A stretch of 32,000 nucleotides of DNA from Conchiformibius steedae (GCF_014054725.1 NZ_CP059563.1:254868-286867); one strand, 5' to 3'; shown: positions 1 to 8,959, counted from the stretch's first letter. Notes: generated by a model not told the origin, from the letters alone. Program-made: numbers and translations.

Positions 1-547
1 ATAATAAAAAATCCTTGGAAAACAAATTTGACCGCCCTTACCCGTAGGCGCAGACGGAATGATTTGGCAAAGGGGCACAGCCTCTGTGCCGCAGTGGTGC
101 GCGTATCGGCAAAATACGCGCCTGTATTTTCAAAAATACGGGGTAGATTTTGTCTTGCCCCAAACATTCGGAATAAGCAATCGGCGTACCACTTGCCCAA
201 CCGTACCGCCACCCGCCCACAGCCCGAAAGGAAGCTTTCCTTATTAAACCCTACAACAAGCAGGGAAGGGCTGTTGATAAATTTTTACCGACTTCGCAGT
301 TTAACACCGAAGCGGCAAGCCCATCAATACGCTTAACATTTGCCACGTCCTTTGCCATGCACTGTTTTGAGCAAAATAACCATTTAATAAATTATGAAGA
401 AATAGATTTTATCCGCCGTTATGTAATCGTTGCTACAATAGCCGTGCATCAGTCAAACCGATGGGCTTTTTCAGTAAAGCGGATTATGTATCCCCTAAAG
501 TCCGCCGCCGCTTTAGGGTAAGAAAACGAGTGGCAAAAGGAATTTTT

Positions 548-1540
548 ATGAGCATCATAGCGATTACTTCAGGCGAGCCTGCGGGCATTGGTCCTGATAT
601 TTGTTTGGCATTGGCAGGGGAAAATCTGCCCTGTCGTGTCGTTGTACTGGGCGACAGGAATTTGTTGGCACAACGGGCGAAGCAGTTGGGGCGCGATGTG
701 CGCTTGTGGGATTTTGATGCCAACACACCAGCACCTGCGGGGACATTGGAAGTGCTGCATATTCCGTTAAACGTGCCTTGCCAAGCGGGTACACTCAATC
801 CGCACAACAGCAGCTATGTCTTGAAGCTGTTGGACACGGCTTATCAGGGTATTCACACGGGTTTGTTTGCGGGCATGGTTACTGCGCCTTTGCACAAGGG
901 CGTGATTAACGATGCGAAATTGGGGGGATTTTTTAGCGGACACACGGAATATTTGGCGGAAAAAGCGGGGGTGGGGCAGGTAGTGATGATGTTGGCAGGT
1001 GGGGGACTGCGGGTGGCATTGCTCACCACCCATTTGCCTTTAAAAGATGTGGCAGCGCAGATTACACAGCAGCGTATTGTAGATGTGGCGCGTATTCTGC
1101 ATGGCGATTTGCGGGATAAATTTGGGATTGCCTCGCCACGGATTTTGTTGGCGGGACTGAATCCGCACGCGGGCGAAAACGGGCATTTGGGGCGCGAGGA
1201 ATTGGAAGAAATGTTGCCTGCTTTACAGCAATTGCAGGGCGAGGGCATGGACATTCGCGGTCCGTATCCCGCCGATACGCTGTTTCAGCCGTTTTTATTA
1301 AACGATGCCGATGCAGTGCTGGCTGCGTATCACGACCAAGGTTTGCCTGTGTTGAAATATGCTTCTTTTGGACGTGGGGTCAATATTACGCTGGGACTGC
1401 CGTTTGTGCGTACTTCGGTGGACCACGGCACGGCGTTGGATTTGGCGGGAACGGGCAAAGCCGATGCGGGCAGTTTGCTGGAAGCGGTAACGGTGGCGCA
1501 GCAAATGTGCGCAGCGCAAGCAGCAGGACAAAATACCTAG
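548..1540 (+). CDS. pdxA: 4-hydroxythreonine-4-phosphate dehydrogenase (PdxA)
   Basis: ORF 461..1540. The internal ATG at 548 gives the N-terminus MSIIAITSGEPAGIGPD typical of PdxA. It also has the HTEYLA and NPHAGENG metal/substrate motifs and full family length (about 330 aa). Confidence 0.9.
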   Translation: MSIIAITSGEPAGIGPDICLALAGENLPCRVVVLGDRNLLAQRAKQLGRDVRLWDFDANTPAPAGTLEVLHIPLNVPCQAGTLNPHNSSYVLKLLDTAYQGIHTGLFAGMVTAPLHKGVINDAKLGGFFSGHTEYLAEKAGVGQVVMMLAGGGLRVALLTTHLPLKDVAAQITQQRIVDVARILHGDLRDKFGIASPRILLAGLNPHAGENGHLGREELEEMLPALQQLQGEGMDIRGPYPADTLFQPFLLNDADAVLAAYHDQGLPVLKYASFGRGVNITLGLPFVRTSVDHGTALDLAGTGKADAGSLLEAVTVAQQMCAAQAAGQNT

Positions 1541-2205
1541 TCTTTCCAAATCTGCTTTTCACGGCGCAGGTACACCTTATCGCTAAAGGTGCTTAAAAGC
1601 TGCGGGGCAAAAGCAATCAGCACGGCACACAATAAACCGCTTAAAAACGCTTCGCCCCACGCCAGCAGCAAAAACACGGGGAAATGCGGCGCGGGAACGG
1701 CGGGATTGAGCCATGCCAGTGCGCTTAATCCTGCGCCCGTAAGCAACAGCCCCGCCGCCGCGCCCAAAAAACCATACACAAAAATATAGGCAAACAAATT
1801 AGGCGGTAAGATTTTCTGCCCGATGCGGCGCAACAGCACGTTTACCGCACAGGCAGGCAAAACGGTAAACAGGGCGTTTATCGCCCATACGTTGAAAAAC
1901 GCTGCACCGTCCCGCGCCAGCCCAATCAGCAGCAAAAACGCACACGCCGCCAACCAAGCTGTCCTTGCCCCCAACATCAAACACGCCAAGTTTACCCCCA
2001 GCAAATGATAGGCAAAACCGTGATTGGGCAATTGTGTCTGCAAAAGCTGTGGCAACACCAGCACCGCCGCCGCTGCCAACAAAGTGCTTTGCCACGTATG
2101 CCAAACCTGCTGCGCTGCCCGCAGCGATACGGCACACACCAGCACAAACGGCAGCCACGCCGTTTGCCATATTGTTCCGTCAAACCATGCACTATGAAAA
2201 TTCAT
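1537..2205 (-). CDS. polytopic inner-membrane protein, function unknown (about 6 TM segments)
   Basis: The 301-aa ORF 1537..2442 overlaps the tRNA-Ser gene in its first 79 codons, so I trimmed it to the ATG at 2205 (MNFHSAWFDG...). The remaining 222 aa are hydrophobic throughout. Its stop overlaps the pdxA stop (convergent CTAG). Confidence 0.6.
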   Translation of the reverse strand: MNFHSAWFDGTIWQTAWLPFVLVCAVSLRAAQQVWHTWQSTLLAAAAVLVLPQLLQTQLPNHGFAYHLLGVNLACLMLGARTAWLAACAFLLLIGLARDGAAFFNVWAINALFTVLPACAVNVLLRRIGQKILPPNLFAYIFVYGFLGAAAGLLLTGAGLSALAWLNPAVPAPHFPVFLLLAWGEAFLSGLLCAVLIAFAPQLLSTFSDKVYLRREKQIWKD

Positions 2206-2282
2206 CTTGATTGCTTCCCTAATTGGGTTTGTACCTTGACTATAGCACACAAATACCCTTACAATGCCTGCTTTCCCCCTTT

Positions 2283-2373
2283 GGAGAGGTGGATGAGTGG
2301 TTGAAGTCGCACGCCTGGAAAGCGTGTATACGTGAATAGCGTATCGAGGGTTCGAATCCCTTCCTCTCCGCCA
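2283..2373 (+). tRNA. tRNA-Ser (anticodon GGA), class II with long variable arm, CCA encoded
   Basis: Acceptor stem GGAGAGG/CCTCTCC. Anticodon stem CACGC/GCGTG with loop CTGGAAA. Variable-arm stem ATACG/CGTAT. T-arm AGGG-TTCGAAT-CCCT. The 3' end is GCCA. Confidence 0.9.
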
Positions 2374-2380
2374 GTTTTTA

Positions 2381-2413
2381 CAAGCCCTTTGCACACGCAA
2401 AGGGCTTGTTTTG
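2381..2413 (+). terminator. rho-independent terminator after tRNA-Ser
   Basis: 12-bp perfect stem CAAGCCCTTTGC/GCAAAGGGCTTG with loop ACAC, followed by TTTTG. Confidence 0.6.
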
Positions 2414-2479
2414 TCTGCACAGCCGCAATGAATCGGGTACAATCTGCACCGTCTTTTTCAAATATATGGAGAACCCATT

Positions 2480-4015
2480 ATGTCCACTTGGTCTCACGGC
2501 TATGTCAGCGACATCGGCTATACCTACGGCTATTACCCCGAACTGAACCCGCTTCGCGCCCTTGTGCCGATGCTTCAGGAAGGCTTTGCCGTTCCCACCA
2601 TCAAAAACGCCTGCGAATTGGGCTTTGGTCAGGGCGTATCGCTCAACGCCCATGCTGCTGCAGGGACAGCACGTTGGTACGGTACGGATTTTAACCCCGC
2701 TCATGCTGCGTTTGCCCGCGATGTGGCACAACAATGCGGCAGCCAAGTGCTGATTGCCGATGATGATTTTGCCACATTTTGCAACCGTGATGATTTGCCC
2801 GAATTTGAATTTATCGGACTGCACGGTATTTGGTCGTGGATTTCGGATGAAAACCGCCGTGTGATTGTGGATTTTGTCCGCCGCAAACTGGCTGTGGGCG
2901 GAATTTTATACATCAGCTACAACACCCTGCCTGGCTGGTCGGCACACGCGCCCATCCGCCACCTGCTTGCCATGCACGACAACCACATTGCTTCCGCCGC
3001 CAACAGCCGCGCCCAAAATGTGAAAACCGCCCTTGACTTCGGCAGCCGCGTATTGGAACACAGTCCCGGACTGAAAAACAACACCCCCCATATCCTCAAC
3101 CGTTTAAACGAAATTGCCAAACACGACACCAGCTATCTGATTCACGAATACATGAACTACCACTGGCATCCCATGTATTATGCTGATTTGGAACAGTGGC
3201 TTGAACCTGCCAAAGTGGGTTTTGCCTGTTCCGCCAGCTATCTGGACGACTTCAATATGTGCCTGTTTAATCCCGAACAGCAAAAACTGATGGACGAAGT
3301 GGCAGGCACGCCTTTGGCTCAAACCGTTAAAGACTTTATTTTAAACAAACAGTTCCGCCGCGACTTGTGGGTAAAAGGCGCACGAAAACTCAATCACACC
3401 CAGCTTGCACAACAGCGCGGCAAACAACGCTTTGTGCTGACCACCCCGCGCGACAAAGTGGAAATGGGCATCAATAACTACATCAGCATCAATCTGATGC
3501 CAGAAGTGTTTGACCCGCTGTTGGATATCTTGAAAGACCACCAAGTGCACCGTGTCAGCGATTTGTGCGCCGCTTTGCAAGGCACATTAAACGAAACACA
3601 GGTTTTCTCATCACTTGCCCTGCTGCACGCCAAAAACGATGTGGCACTGGTTCAAGACGAAGCCGCTGTGGAAAGCGCACGCGCACGTTGTCGCGCCTTT
3701 AACCGCTATGTAATGGAATCTGCCCGTTACAACGGCGAGATTTATTATTTAACCAGCCCGCTGTCGGGTGGCGCAATGCATATGGGACGCATTGAGCTGC
3801 TGTTTGCTGCCGCTTATCAGCAAGGACTGCAGCAACCCGTACAATGGGCCGAATCGGTATGGCGTATTTTGCAAAGCTACGGTCAGGCAATGGTTAAAGA
3901 CGGCGAAACCCTGCAGGGTGAAGAAGCCAACCTTGCCGAATTAAACCGCTTGGCAGAAGAATTCGCCGCCAACCGCCTGACTACCCTGCAAGCACTGCAC
4001 ATGATTGAACAATAA
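2480..4015 (+). CDS. class I SAM-dependent methyltransferase with C-terminal 'methyltransferase regulatory domain'
   Basis: 511-aa ORF. The N-terminus (W.HGYV.DI.YT.G.Y.EL.P) and the LGFGQG SAM-binding loop match my memory of the predicted-methyltransferase/regulatory-domain family. The RBS-like GGAGAA lies upstream. Confidence 0.8.
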   Translation: MSTWSHGYVSDIGYTYGYYPELNPLRALVPMLQEGFAVPTIKNACELGFGQGVSLNAHAAAGTARWYGTDFNPAHAAFARDVAQQCGSQVLIADDDFATFCNRDDLPEFEFIGLHGIWSWISDENRRVIVDFVRRKLAVGGILYISYNTLPGWSAHAPIRHLLAMHDNHIASAANSRAQNVKTALDFGSRVLEHSPGLKNNTPHILNRLNEIAKHDTSYLIHEYMNYHWHPMYYADLEQWLEPAKVGFACSASYLDDFNMCLFNPEQQKLMDEVAGTPLAQTVKDFILNKQFRRDLWVKGARKLNHTQLAQQRGKQRFVLTTPRDKVEMGINNYISINLMPEVFDPLLDILKDHQVHRVSDLCAALQGTLNETQVFSSLALLHAKNDVALVQDEAAVESARARCRAFNRYVMESARYNGEIYYLTSPLSGGAMHMGRIELLFAAAYQQGLQQPVQWAESVWRILQSYGQAMVKDGETLQGEEANLAELNRLAEEFAANRLTTLQALHMIEQ

Positions 4016-4030
4016 ACTTGTTTGAACAAC

Positions 4031-4058
4031 ACACGCAAAGCCCATGCGCTTTGCGTGT
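4031..4058 (+). terminator. stem-loop between the methyltransferase gene and lspA (weak terminator or attenuator)
   Basis: 11-bp stem ACACGCAAAGC/GCTTTGCGTGT with a 6-nt loop. There is no T-tract after it, hence the low confidence. Confidence 0.3.
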
Positions 4059-4076
4059 TGCCCAAAAGGAATATGG

Positions 4077-4553
4077 ATGAAATACCTACCCTACTGGCTG
4101 ACCGCCTTTGTCGCCATTTTTCTTGACCAATTAAGCAAATACCTTATTTTAATTAATTTTGAAGACCACGAACGCCGCAACATCATTCCCAATTTTTTTG
4201 ATTTAACGCTGGTGTATAACCCTGGTGCTGCTTTCAGCTTTTTGGCCGATATGGGTGGCGCACAAAAATATATTTTTACCGTGCTGGCGTTTGTGATTAG
4301 CGGCTGGCTGGCGCGTTCCATCGTTAAAGGCGAATTCGGACGACTGGGCAACTGGGCGGCTGCCATGATTATCGGCGGCGCATTCGGCAATGTGATAGAC
4401 CGTTTTATTCACGGCAAAGTGGTCGATTTTTTACTGTTTTACTGGCAAAACTGGTACTACCCCGCTTTTAATATTGCCGACAGCTTTATCTGCGTGGGCG
4501 CAGCCTTACTGATTATTGAAAGCTTTACCCAAAAAAACCCCAAAAATACCTGA
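4077..4553 (+). CDS. lspA: lipoprotein signal peptidase II
   Basis: ATG at 4077 (MKYLPYWL...). LspA motifs are present: [22 protein letters not shown]. It has four hydrophobic segments. Confidence 0.9.
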   Translation: MKYLPYWLTAFVAIFLDQLSKYLILINFEDHERRNIIPNFFDLTLVYNPGAAFSFLADMGGAQKYIFTVLAFVISGWLARSIVKGEFGRLGNWAAAMIIGGAFGNVIDRFIHGKVVDFLLFYWQNWYYPAFNIADSFICVGAALLIIESFTQKNPKNT

Positions 4554-4563
4554 AAGACACACC

Positions 4564-5499
4564 ATGTCCCAAGCAACCATTATTCTCGCCAACCCGCGCG
4601 GCTTTTGTGCAGGCGTGGACCGCGCCATCAGCATTGTTGAACGCGCCCTAGAAGAATACGGCGCACCCATTTATGTCCGCCACGAAGTTGTCCACAATAA
4701 ATTTGTGGTGGACAATCTACGCGAAAAAGGCGCAGTTTTTATTGAAGATTTGGCAGACGTCCCCGCAGGTGCAACCTTAATTTATTCTGCTCATGGCGTA
4801 TCCAAAGCCGTACAGGCAGAAGCCGCCGAACGCGGTTTCCGCGTATTTGATGCCACCTGCCCGCTGGTGACCAAAGTCCACAAAGAAGTCGCCCGCCTAG
4901 ACGAACAAGGCTATCAAATCATCATGATTGGACACGCAGGACACCCCGAAGTAGAAGGCACAATGGGACAGCTTTCCGCAGGCGCGATGCTGCTAGTGGA
5001 AACCGTTGATGATGTTGCCAAGCTCAATGTGCGCGACAGCGAAAAACTCGCCCACGTCAGCCAAACCACCTTATCGGTTGACGAAACCCGCGACATTATC
5101 GCCGCCTTAAAAACCCGTTTTCCCCACATCAAAAGCCCCCACAAAGAAGACATCTGCTACGCCACCACCAACCGTCAGGAAGCCGTGAAAGATTTGGCAA
5201 AACAATGTGATGTTGTCGTAGTCGTGGGTTCACCCAATTCGTCTAACAGCAACCGTTTGCGCGAAGTGGCGGCATTGCGCGGGGTAGATGCCTATATGGT
5301 GGATAATGCCTCGTTTTTGCAGGAAAGCTGGTTTACAGGCAAACAGTGCGTGGGCGTAACCGCAGGCGCGTCTGCACCTGAAGTGCTGGTTCAGGAAGTG
5401 ATTGCCCAAATTCAGGCTTGGGGCGCGCACACAGTCAGACAAAGCGGCGATGTGGAAGAAAGCATCGTGTTTGTGTTACCCAAAGAATTACGCAAGTAA
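4564..5499 (+). CDS. ispH: 4-hydroxy-3-methylbut-2-enyl diphosphate reductase
   Basis: ATG at 4564 ([22 protein letters not shown]...). The conserved Cys ligands are present (CAGV, ATCPLV, ICYAT). It shows the conserved lspA-ispH linkage. Confidence 0.95.
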   Translation: MSQATIILANPRGFCAGVDRAISIVERALEEYGAPIYVRHEVVHNKFVVDNLREKGAVFIEDLADVPAGATLIYSAHGVSKAVQAEAAERGFRVFDATCPLVTKVHKEVARLDEQGYQIIMIGHAGHPEVEGTMGQLSAGAMLLVETVDDVAKLNVRDSEKLAHVSQTTLSVDETRDIIAALKTRFPHIKSPHKEDICYATTNRQEAVKDLAKQCDVVVVVGSPNSSNSNRLREVAALRGVDAYMVDNASFLQESWFTGKQCVGVTAGASAPEVLVQEVIAQIQAWGAHTVRQSGDVEESIVFVLPKELRK

Positions 5500-5580
5500 A
5501 TCCCCGCCAAATCGGGTAAAGTGGCGTGTGAACCATGCAGGCGTGTGCCACAATAACCGTTTTTTACAGGAAAACACTTG

Positions 5581-5970
5581 ATGAAAAAACATTTGCTGAC
5601 CGCGCTGCTGGTGTGCGCCACCCTTCCCGCCTTGGCTGCGCCCAAAGACACGGTGGTACGCCACTTTACCGCTTTTAGCAGCGACGGTGAAAACGGCTGG
5701 CGTGCAGTTATTCGCAATAATCGTATAGAATTGGAAACCATTAAGGGCAATGAATACCACCGCCGCATTCCCGTCAAACGGCTGGCGTATGCCAAAGGCG
5801 TGGAATTTACCGGCAAAACCCGTTTTGGCGAAGTAACCTTAAACATCAACAGCCAACGTTGCCGCGACCACAACGGGCGCATGAACGAATTTACCGCCAA
5901 ACTGTATTATCGCGGCAAGGTGGTAAAAGGTTGTGCGGTACGCGGTGCTTACGGACACGCGCCCACCTGA
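5581..5970 (+). CDS. small secreted/periplasmic protein, unknown function
   Basis: MKKHLLTALLVCATLPALA/AP signal peptide. 129 aa with two Cys near the C-terminus. The 3' end overlaps the convergent nfi-like fragment by about 22 nt. Confidence 0.6.
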   Translation: MKKHLLTALLVCATLPALAAPKDTVVRHFTAFSSDGENGWRAVIRNNRIELETIKGNEYHRRIPVKRLAYAKGVEFTGKTRFGEVTLNINSQRCRDHNGRMNEFTAKLYYRGKVVKGCAVRGAYGHAPT

Positions 5971-6149
5971 CGGCTTAAACGGTCCACACGGGCAAGGATT
6001 TCGGGAATGCCCCCGTTGCCCGACAAATCCCGCACCCATTGTTTGGCATCTTCCAATGCCATGCCCGCAGCGGTTACATATAAAGGGCGTTGGCTACGCC
6101 CACGGTACACACAATAGACCTTATATGATAGCCCTAAATTTAAGGGGCT
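5949..6149 (-). pseudogene. endonuclease V-like gene, 3' fragment (split by the prophage)
   Basis: The minus-strand frame reads ...SPLNLGLSYKVYCVYRGRSQRPLYVTAAGMALEDAKQWVRDLSGNGGIPEILARVDRLSRQ*. This resembles the C-terminal endonuclease V motifs as I remember them (PL[YF][VI]..G..., [IL]PE..R.A[DH]). There is no start codon of its own at the homologous position. Confidence 0.6.
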
Positions 6150-6204
6150 GTAAAACAATCTGATTTTATCAAAGCCCCTATGTTTAACTAAATTTAGGGG
6201 CTTT
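6130..6204. repeat. target palindrome plus an element-borne near-copy
   Basis: The host palindrome AGCCCTAAATTTAAGGGGCT lies at 6130-6149. Inside the element's left end, CTAAATTTAGGGGCT (6188-6202) repeats host 6134-6149 with a 1-nt indel. It forms a 9-bp hairpin AAAGCCCCT (6171-6179) / AGGGGCTTT (6196-6204). Confidence 0.7.
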
Positions 6205-6208
6205 AGTT

Positions 6209-6433
6209 ATGTCTGTTCAAAAAGATTCTTTACCAAAACGGTTTGTAGTCGTTTTGCCAAATGTTGTACCCAATACCTTATTACTTGAATTCCGTTCCTT
6301 TGAAGCTCCCCATTTGGGGACAGTTGCACTTGTAGAAATCGATTGCCGACAAGATTGGCAAGAAACTCAAGAAGCAATGGAAGTGTTTATCAACACGGGC
6401 GTTTTGAATTTAAAGGGGCTGGTTTATGTCTGA
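6209..6433 (+). CDS. phage hypothetical protein (74 aa)
   Basis: AGGGG RBS 8 nt upstream. The stop overlaps the next start (ATGTCTGA). This is the first gene of the prophage. I recognise no motif. Confidence 0.55.
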   Translation: MSVQKDSLPKRFVVVLPNVVPNTLLLEFRSFEAPHLGTVALVEIDCRQDWQETQEAMEVFINTGVLNLKGLVYV

Positions 6434-6656
6434 AGTTTTAATTTTGAATCCTGTTGATGAAGATTTGAGCTTTGAACAAATTTTATTAGAAGAACAAATC
6501 ATGGGGCGATATCGCGTATATGCAGATGGCACAGTACAAAATGCTGATGAAGAAAAGCCATTTTCGTTTATGAGTGATGATTTCGTGATTGTTCGCGCAA
6601 TTGATGAAGAACACGCCTATGCGATTTGGCAAGATAAGAATAAGGGGGCTGCATAA
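6426..6656 (+). CDS. phage hypothetical acidic protein (76 aa)
   Basis: AAAGGGG RBS. Translationally coupled to both neighbours (TAATG overlap with rep). Confidence 0.55.
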   Translation: MSEVLILNPVDEDLSFEQILLEEQIMGRYRVYADGTVQNADEEKPFSFMSDDFVIVRAIDEEHAYAIWQDKNKGAA

Positions 6657-8068
6657 TGGGTTATGAAATCGTAAAAACCGAGAGCGGTAAATACACGCTC
6701 TACATAGACGGTTGTCATATCCACGATTACAGCCGCCGCCGTGATGCAGTTCGCCGTGTCCGCCAATTGCAGGAGCGTGGCGGAGCGGACGCACAAACAG
6801 ACAGCCGCGCAGCGGCGGCAGTTTGTGCGGTCGCGCAGCCCGCCCCCGCTAGTAACACGGGGGGAACGGATTGCGCGGGTCAGGTCAGCCAATCTTACAG
6901 CCATACCGTTATGGTGCGTGGCAAGGTCAAACACATTCCTTTAAGACGGGGTGTCGGTACAGCAGCACATATTGACACTTTAACCTTAACCATGCGCGAA
7001 GACGTATTTGCTGAAGAAGTCCAAGTGCATACGGACGAAACTAAAGCCACACTTGCAAAAAGTATTTCGCAAACTTTGCATACCCTAATGGGCTTTGGCA
7101 TTTACGAAGAACGCAACGGCATTAACGGCTATAAATATTCCTACCGTATGGGTACGGACAATGCCACTTACGGGATTGTCGCCTTTGGCGGCACCAATCA
7201 AAAAGGCAGTGTCATGATTTACTTTTACGGCGATGGTCTGACTGCCGCTAAAGACGGTTGGGAAACCCGTTTATATAACTGGCTGAGTGCATTTGCCCCG
7301 TATGCCACGATTACCCGCTGCGACCTTGCTCACGACTTTTTAGATGGCGGCTACACTCCCGACCAAGCCTATCAAGATTGGCTGGGTGGTGGTTATACCG
7401 CCAATAACCGCCGACCGCGAGCCCGTAAACATGGTTACGACTGGTTAGATGACCAACGCACAGGCAAAACCTTTTATGTCGGCACACCGCAAAGTTCACG
7501 ACTTTTGCGTGTGTATGAAAAAGGCTGCGAACAGGGCGATTATACAAGTCCATGGGTACGGGTGGAATTGCAGCTCCGTAACCGCGAAATCATTATCCCC
7601 CATGAAATCCTGCTTTATCCAGGCGAGTACCTGACGGGTACATATCCTGCATTGGCAGCATTATTTGCCCGATATACCCATGCACCTAAAAAAGTTGAAT
7701 ATATAAAAAAGTCCGTTGAAATCGGGCTGGAGCATTGTGTCCGTTATGCCAGTATGCAGGCATCAGGTACGGTAAATGCCCTTGAAGCATACGGGCTGGC
7801 AGACCATGAAATCGTCAAACTGCTTAAAGGCGGTAAAAAAAAGCTCCCCAAACGGTTGAGGGCTGACCGTTACGATTGCAACCATGCCGATGTTATCTAC
7901 CTGCATGAGCTGCTAGGCAAGCCCGATGTCGCAGTCAAAGACTATATGGACGGCTTATATCGCCAAGAGCAGGCGAGCAAACGCCAAGCATACTTTGACC
8001 GTTTGGAACAAGATGCCATGCAGCACCGCATGAGTGCAGATTATCAATCATTTGGACGAATGTTGTAG
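6656..8068 (+). CDS. rolling-circle replication initiation protein (Rep_trans / RstA / gpII-like)
   Basis: 470 aa. From about residue 105 (AHIDTLTLT...) to the C-terminus it resembles phage/plasmid Rep_trans initiators (CDLAHDF, TFYVGTPQSSRLLRVYEKG, VRVELQLR). It sits at the head of the inovirus module. The N-terminal 100 or so aa are an extra Arg/Ala-rich extension. Confidence 0.75.
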   Translation: MGYEIVKTESGKYTLYIDGCHIHDYSRRRDAVRRVRQLQERGGADAQTDSRAAAAVCAVAQPAPASNTGGTDCAGQVSQSYSHTVMVRGKVKHIPLRRGVGTAAHIDTLTLTMREDVFAEEVQVHTDETKATLAKSISQTLHTLMGFGIYEERNGINGYKYSYRMGTDNATYGIVAFGGTNQKGSVMIYFYGDGLTAAKDGWETRLYNWLSAFAPYATITRCDLAHDFLDGGYTPDQAYQDWLGGGYTANNRRPRARKHGYDWLDDQRTGKTFYVGTPQSSRLLRVYEKGCEQGDYTSPWVRVELQLRNREIIIPHEILLYPGEYLTGTYPALAALFARYTHAPKKVEYIKKSVEIGLEHCVRYASMQASGTVNALEAYGLADHEIVKLLKGGKKKLPKRLRADRYDCNHADVIYLHELLGKPDVAVKDYMDGLYRQEQASKRQAYFDRLEQDAMQHRMSADYQSFGRML

Positions 8069-8098
8069 ATTTATTAACCAACCTTAAGGAAACCTTCA

Positions 8099-8413
8099 AT
8101 GAGAACGTTTTTGCGTAAAGTCAAATGCAATAAAGGCGTAACCGATAACGGCATCGAGTACGACTATACCCGCATTCAAATTGAAATCCCCGTTTATGAC
8201 AAACAGGAAAAAGAGTTTGGCGTTGATGTGCTTGAATTGGAATACGGTCTTTATGAAGACTTTAAAAAACTGGAACACCTGCGCGGCAAATTGCCCGTTG
8301 CTGTTGATGTGGAATGGTATGCAGCCAAGAAAGGCAATGATGAAATCAATGTCGTCAGCCGTTTGGACGTGATACACGACAAACCCACACCCAAACTGCA
8401 ACAACCGAATTGA
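8099..8413 (+). CDS. phage protein in the gV position (candidate ssDNA-binding protein)
   Basis: 104 aa, immediately downstream of rep with RBS AAGGAAA. The function is assigned by position and size only. Confidence 0.45.
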   Translation: MRTFLRKVKCNKGVTDNGIEYDYTRIQIEIPVYDKQEKEFGVDVLELEYGLYEDFKKLEHLRGKLPVAVDVEWYAAKKGNDEINVVSRLDVIHDKPTPKLQQPN

Positions 8414-8487
8414 TGCAACTGTTTTGCGTTAAGGGCGGCGGCGCAAAAAGCCCCTTACCCAGCCGCCCATGAATAAGGATAGATTTC

Positions 8488-8874
8488 ATGTATAAAATTC
8501 AATCATATTTTCCATTGTATTATCATGGCGATATGCCTGTTTATGAATACATGGAATTTGAAACCGCTGAAGAAGCAAAAGAGTTTTTAGATAATTTGGA
8601 CGTACCGTTTGATTGGGACAGAAGGATTTTTACGCTTGATGATAATTTTCACACGGTTTATTTAGATGATGACTTACAAAAATACTACTACTTTCCCGAA
8701 GGCGATGTTTCTATTTATGGTGCTGAAAGTTATGAAGAAGCATGTGAGATGCTTGAAGATAATACATATTTAGACTTGGATAGTTTGACATCGTTAGGAT
8801 TGGAACCTGTGGAAGATGTTTATGGTCCATTTTGTTATAAAGATTTTTGCTTTCTTGATGAAAGTTATGAATAA
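8488..8874 (+). CDS. hyper-acidic Tyr-rich phage protein (moron), unknown function
   Basis: 128 aa with 33 D/E against 6 K/R and 16 Tyr, counted from the translation. The gene is visibly AT-rich compared with its neighbours. RBS AAGGATAG. It ends at a TAA lying inside the second copy of an 86-bp repeat. Confidence 0.7.
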   Translation: MYKIQSYFPLYYHGDMPVYEYMEFETAEEAKEFLDNLDVPFDWDRRIFTLDDNFHTVYLDDDLQKYYYFPEGDVSIYGAESYEEACEMLEDNTYLDLDSLTSLGLEPVEDVYGPFCYKDFCFLDESYE

Positions 8875-8944
8875 GCATGTGAGATGCTTGAAAATAATAC
8901 ATACTTAGACTTGGATATTTTGACATCGTTAGGATTGGAACCTG
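8724..8944 (+). repeat. 86-bp direct duplication (8724-8809 and 8859-8944), offset 135 bp, 4 mismatches
   Basis: Copy 1 is TGAAAGTTATGAAGAAGCATGTGAGATGCTTGAAGATAATACATATTTAGACTTGGATAGTTTGACATCGTTAGGATTGGAACCTG. Copy 2 differs at 4 positions, and one of these (GAA to TAA at 8872) creates the stop codon of the acidic ORF. Confidence 0.9.
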
Positions 8945-8959
8945 ATGATGATGTGTTTT

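Noticed and set aside
28-336. 102-aa plus-strand ORF and overlapping small ORFs at the left edge.
   Set aside because: It has no RBS and odd composition (an RRRRR run), and the region is full of hairpins. I treat it as non-coding of unknown function.
2206-2442. N-terminal 79 codons of the 301-aa minus-strand ORF 1537..2442.
   Set aside because: This part is antisense to the tRNA-Ser gene and its terminator and has non-membrane, Arg-rich composition. The real gene most likely starts at the ATG at 2205.
6003-6008. dRS3-type repeat (ATTCCC-N8-GGGAAT) as the integration target, as in Neisseria Nf phages; also canonical DUS (GCCGTCTGAA).
   Set aside because: Only an isolated GGGAAT occurs, inside the nfi-like fragment and about 140 nt from the junction, with no partner ATTCCC at the right spacing. 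By eye I found no exact GCCGTCTGAA/TTCAGACGGC, only near-matches such as GCCGTCTGCA at about 21512. An exhaustive scan would be needed.
8724-8944. Possible CRISPR or tandem-repeat array.
   Set aside because: There are only two copies of 86 bp each, both in coding frame with a 49-bp spacer, and no cas genes. This is a segmental duplication.
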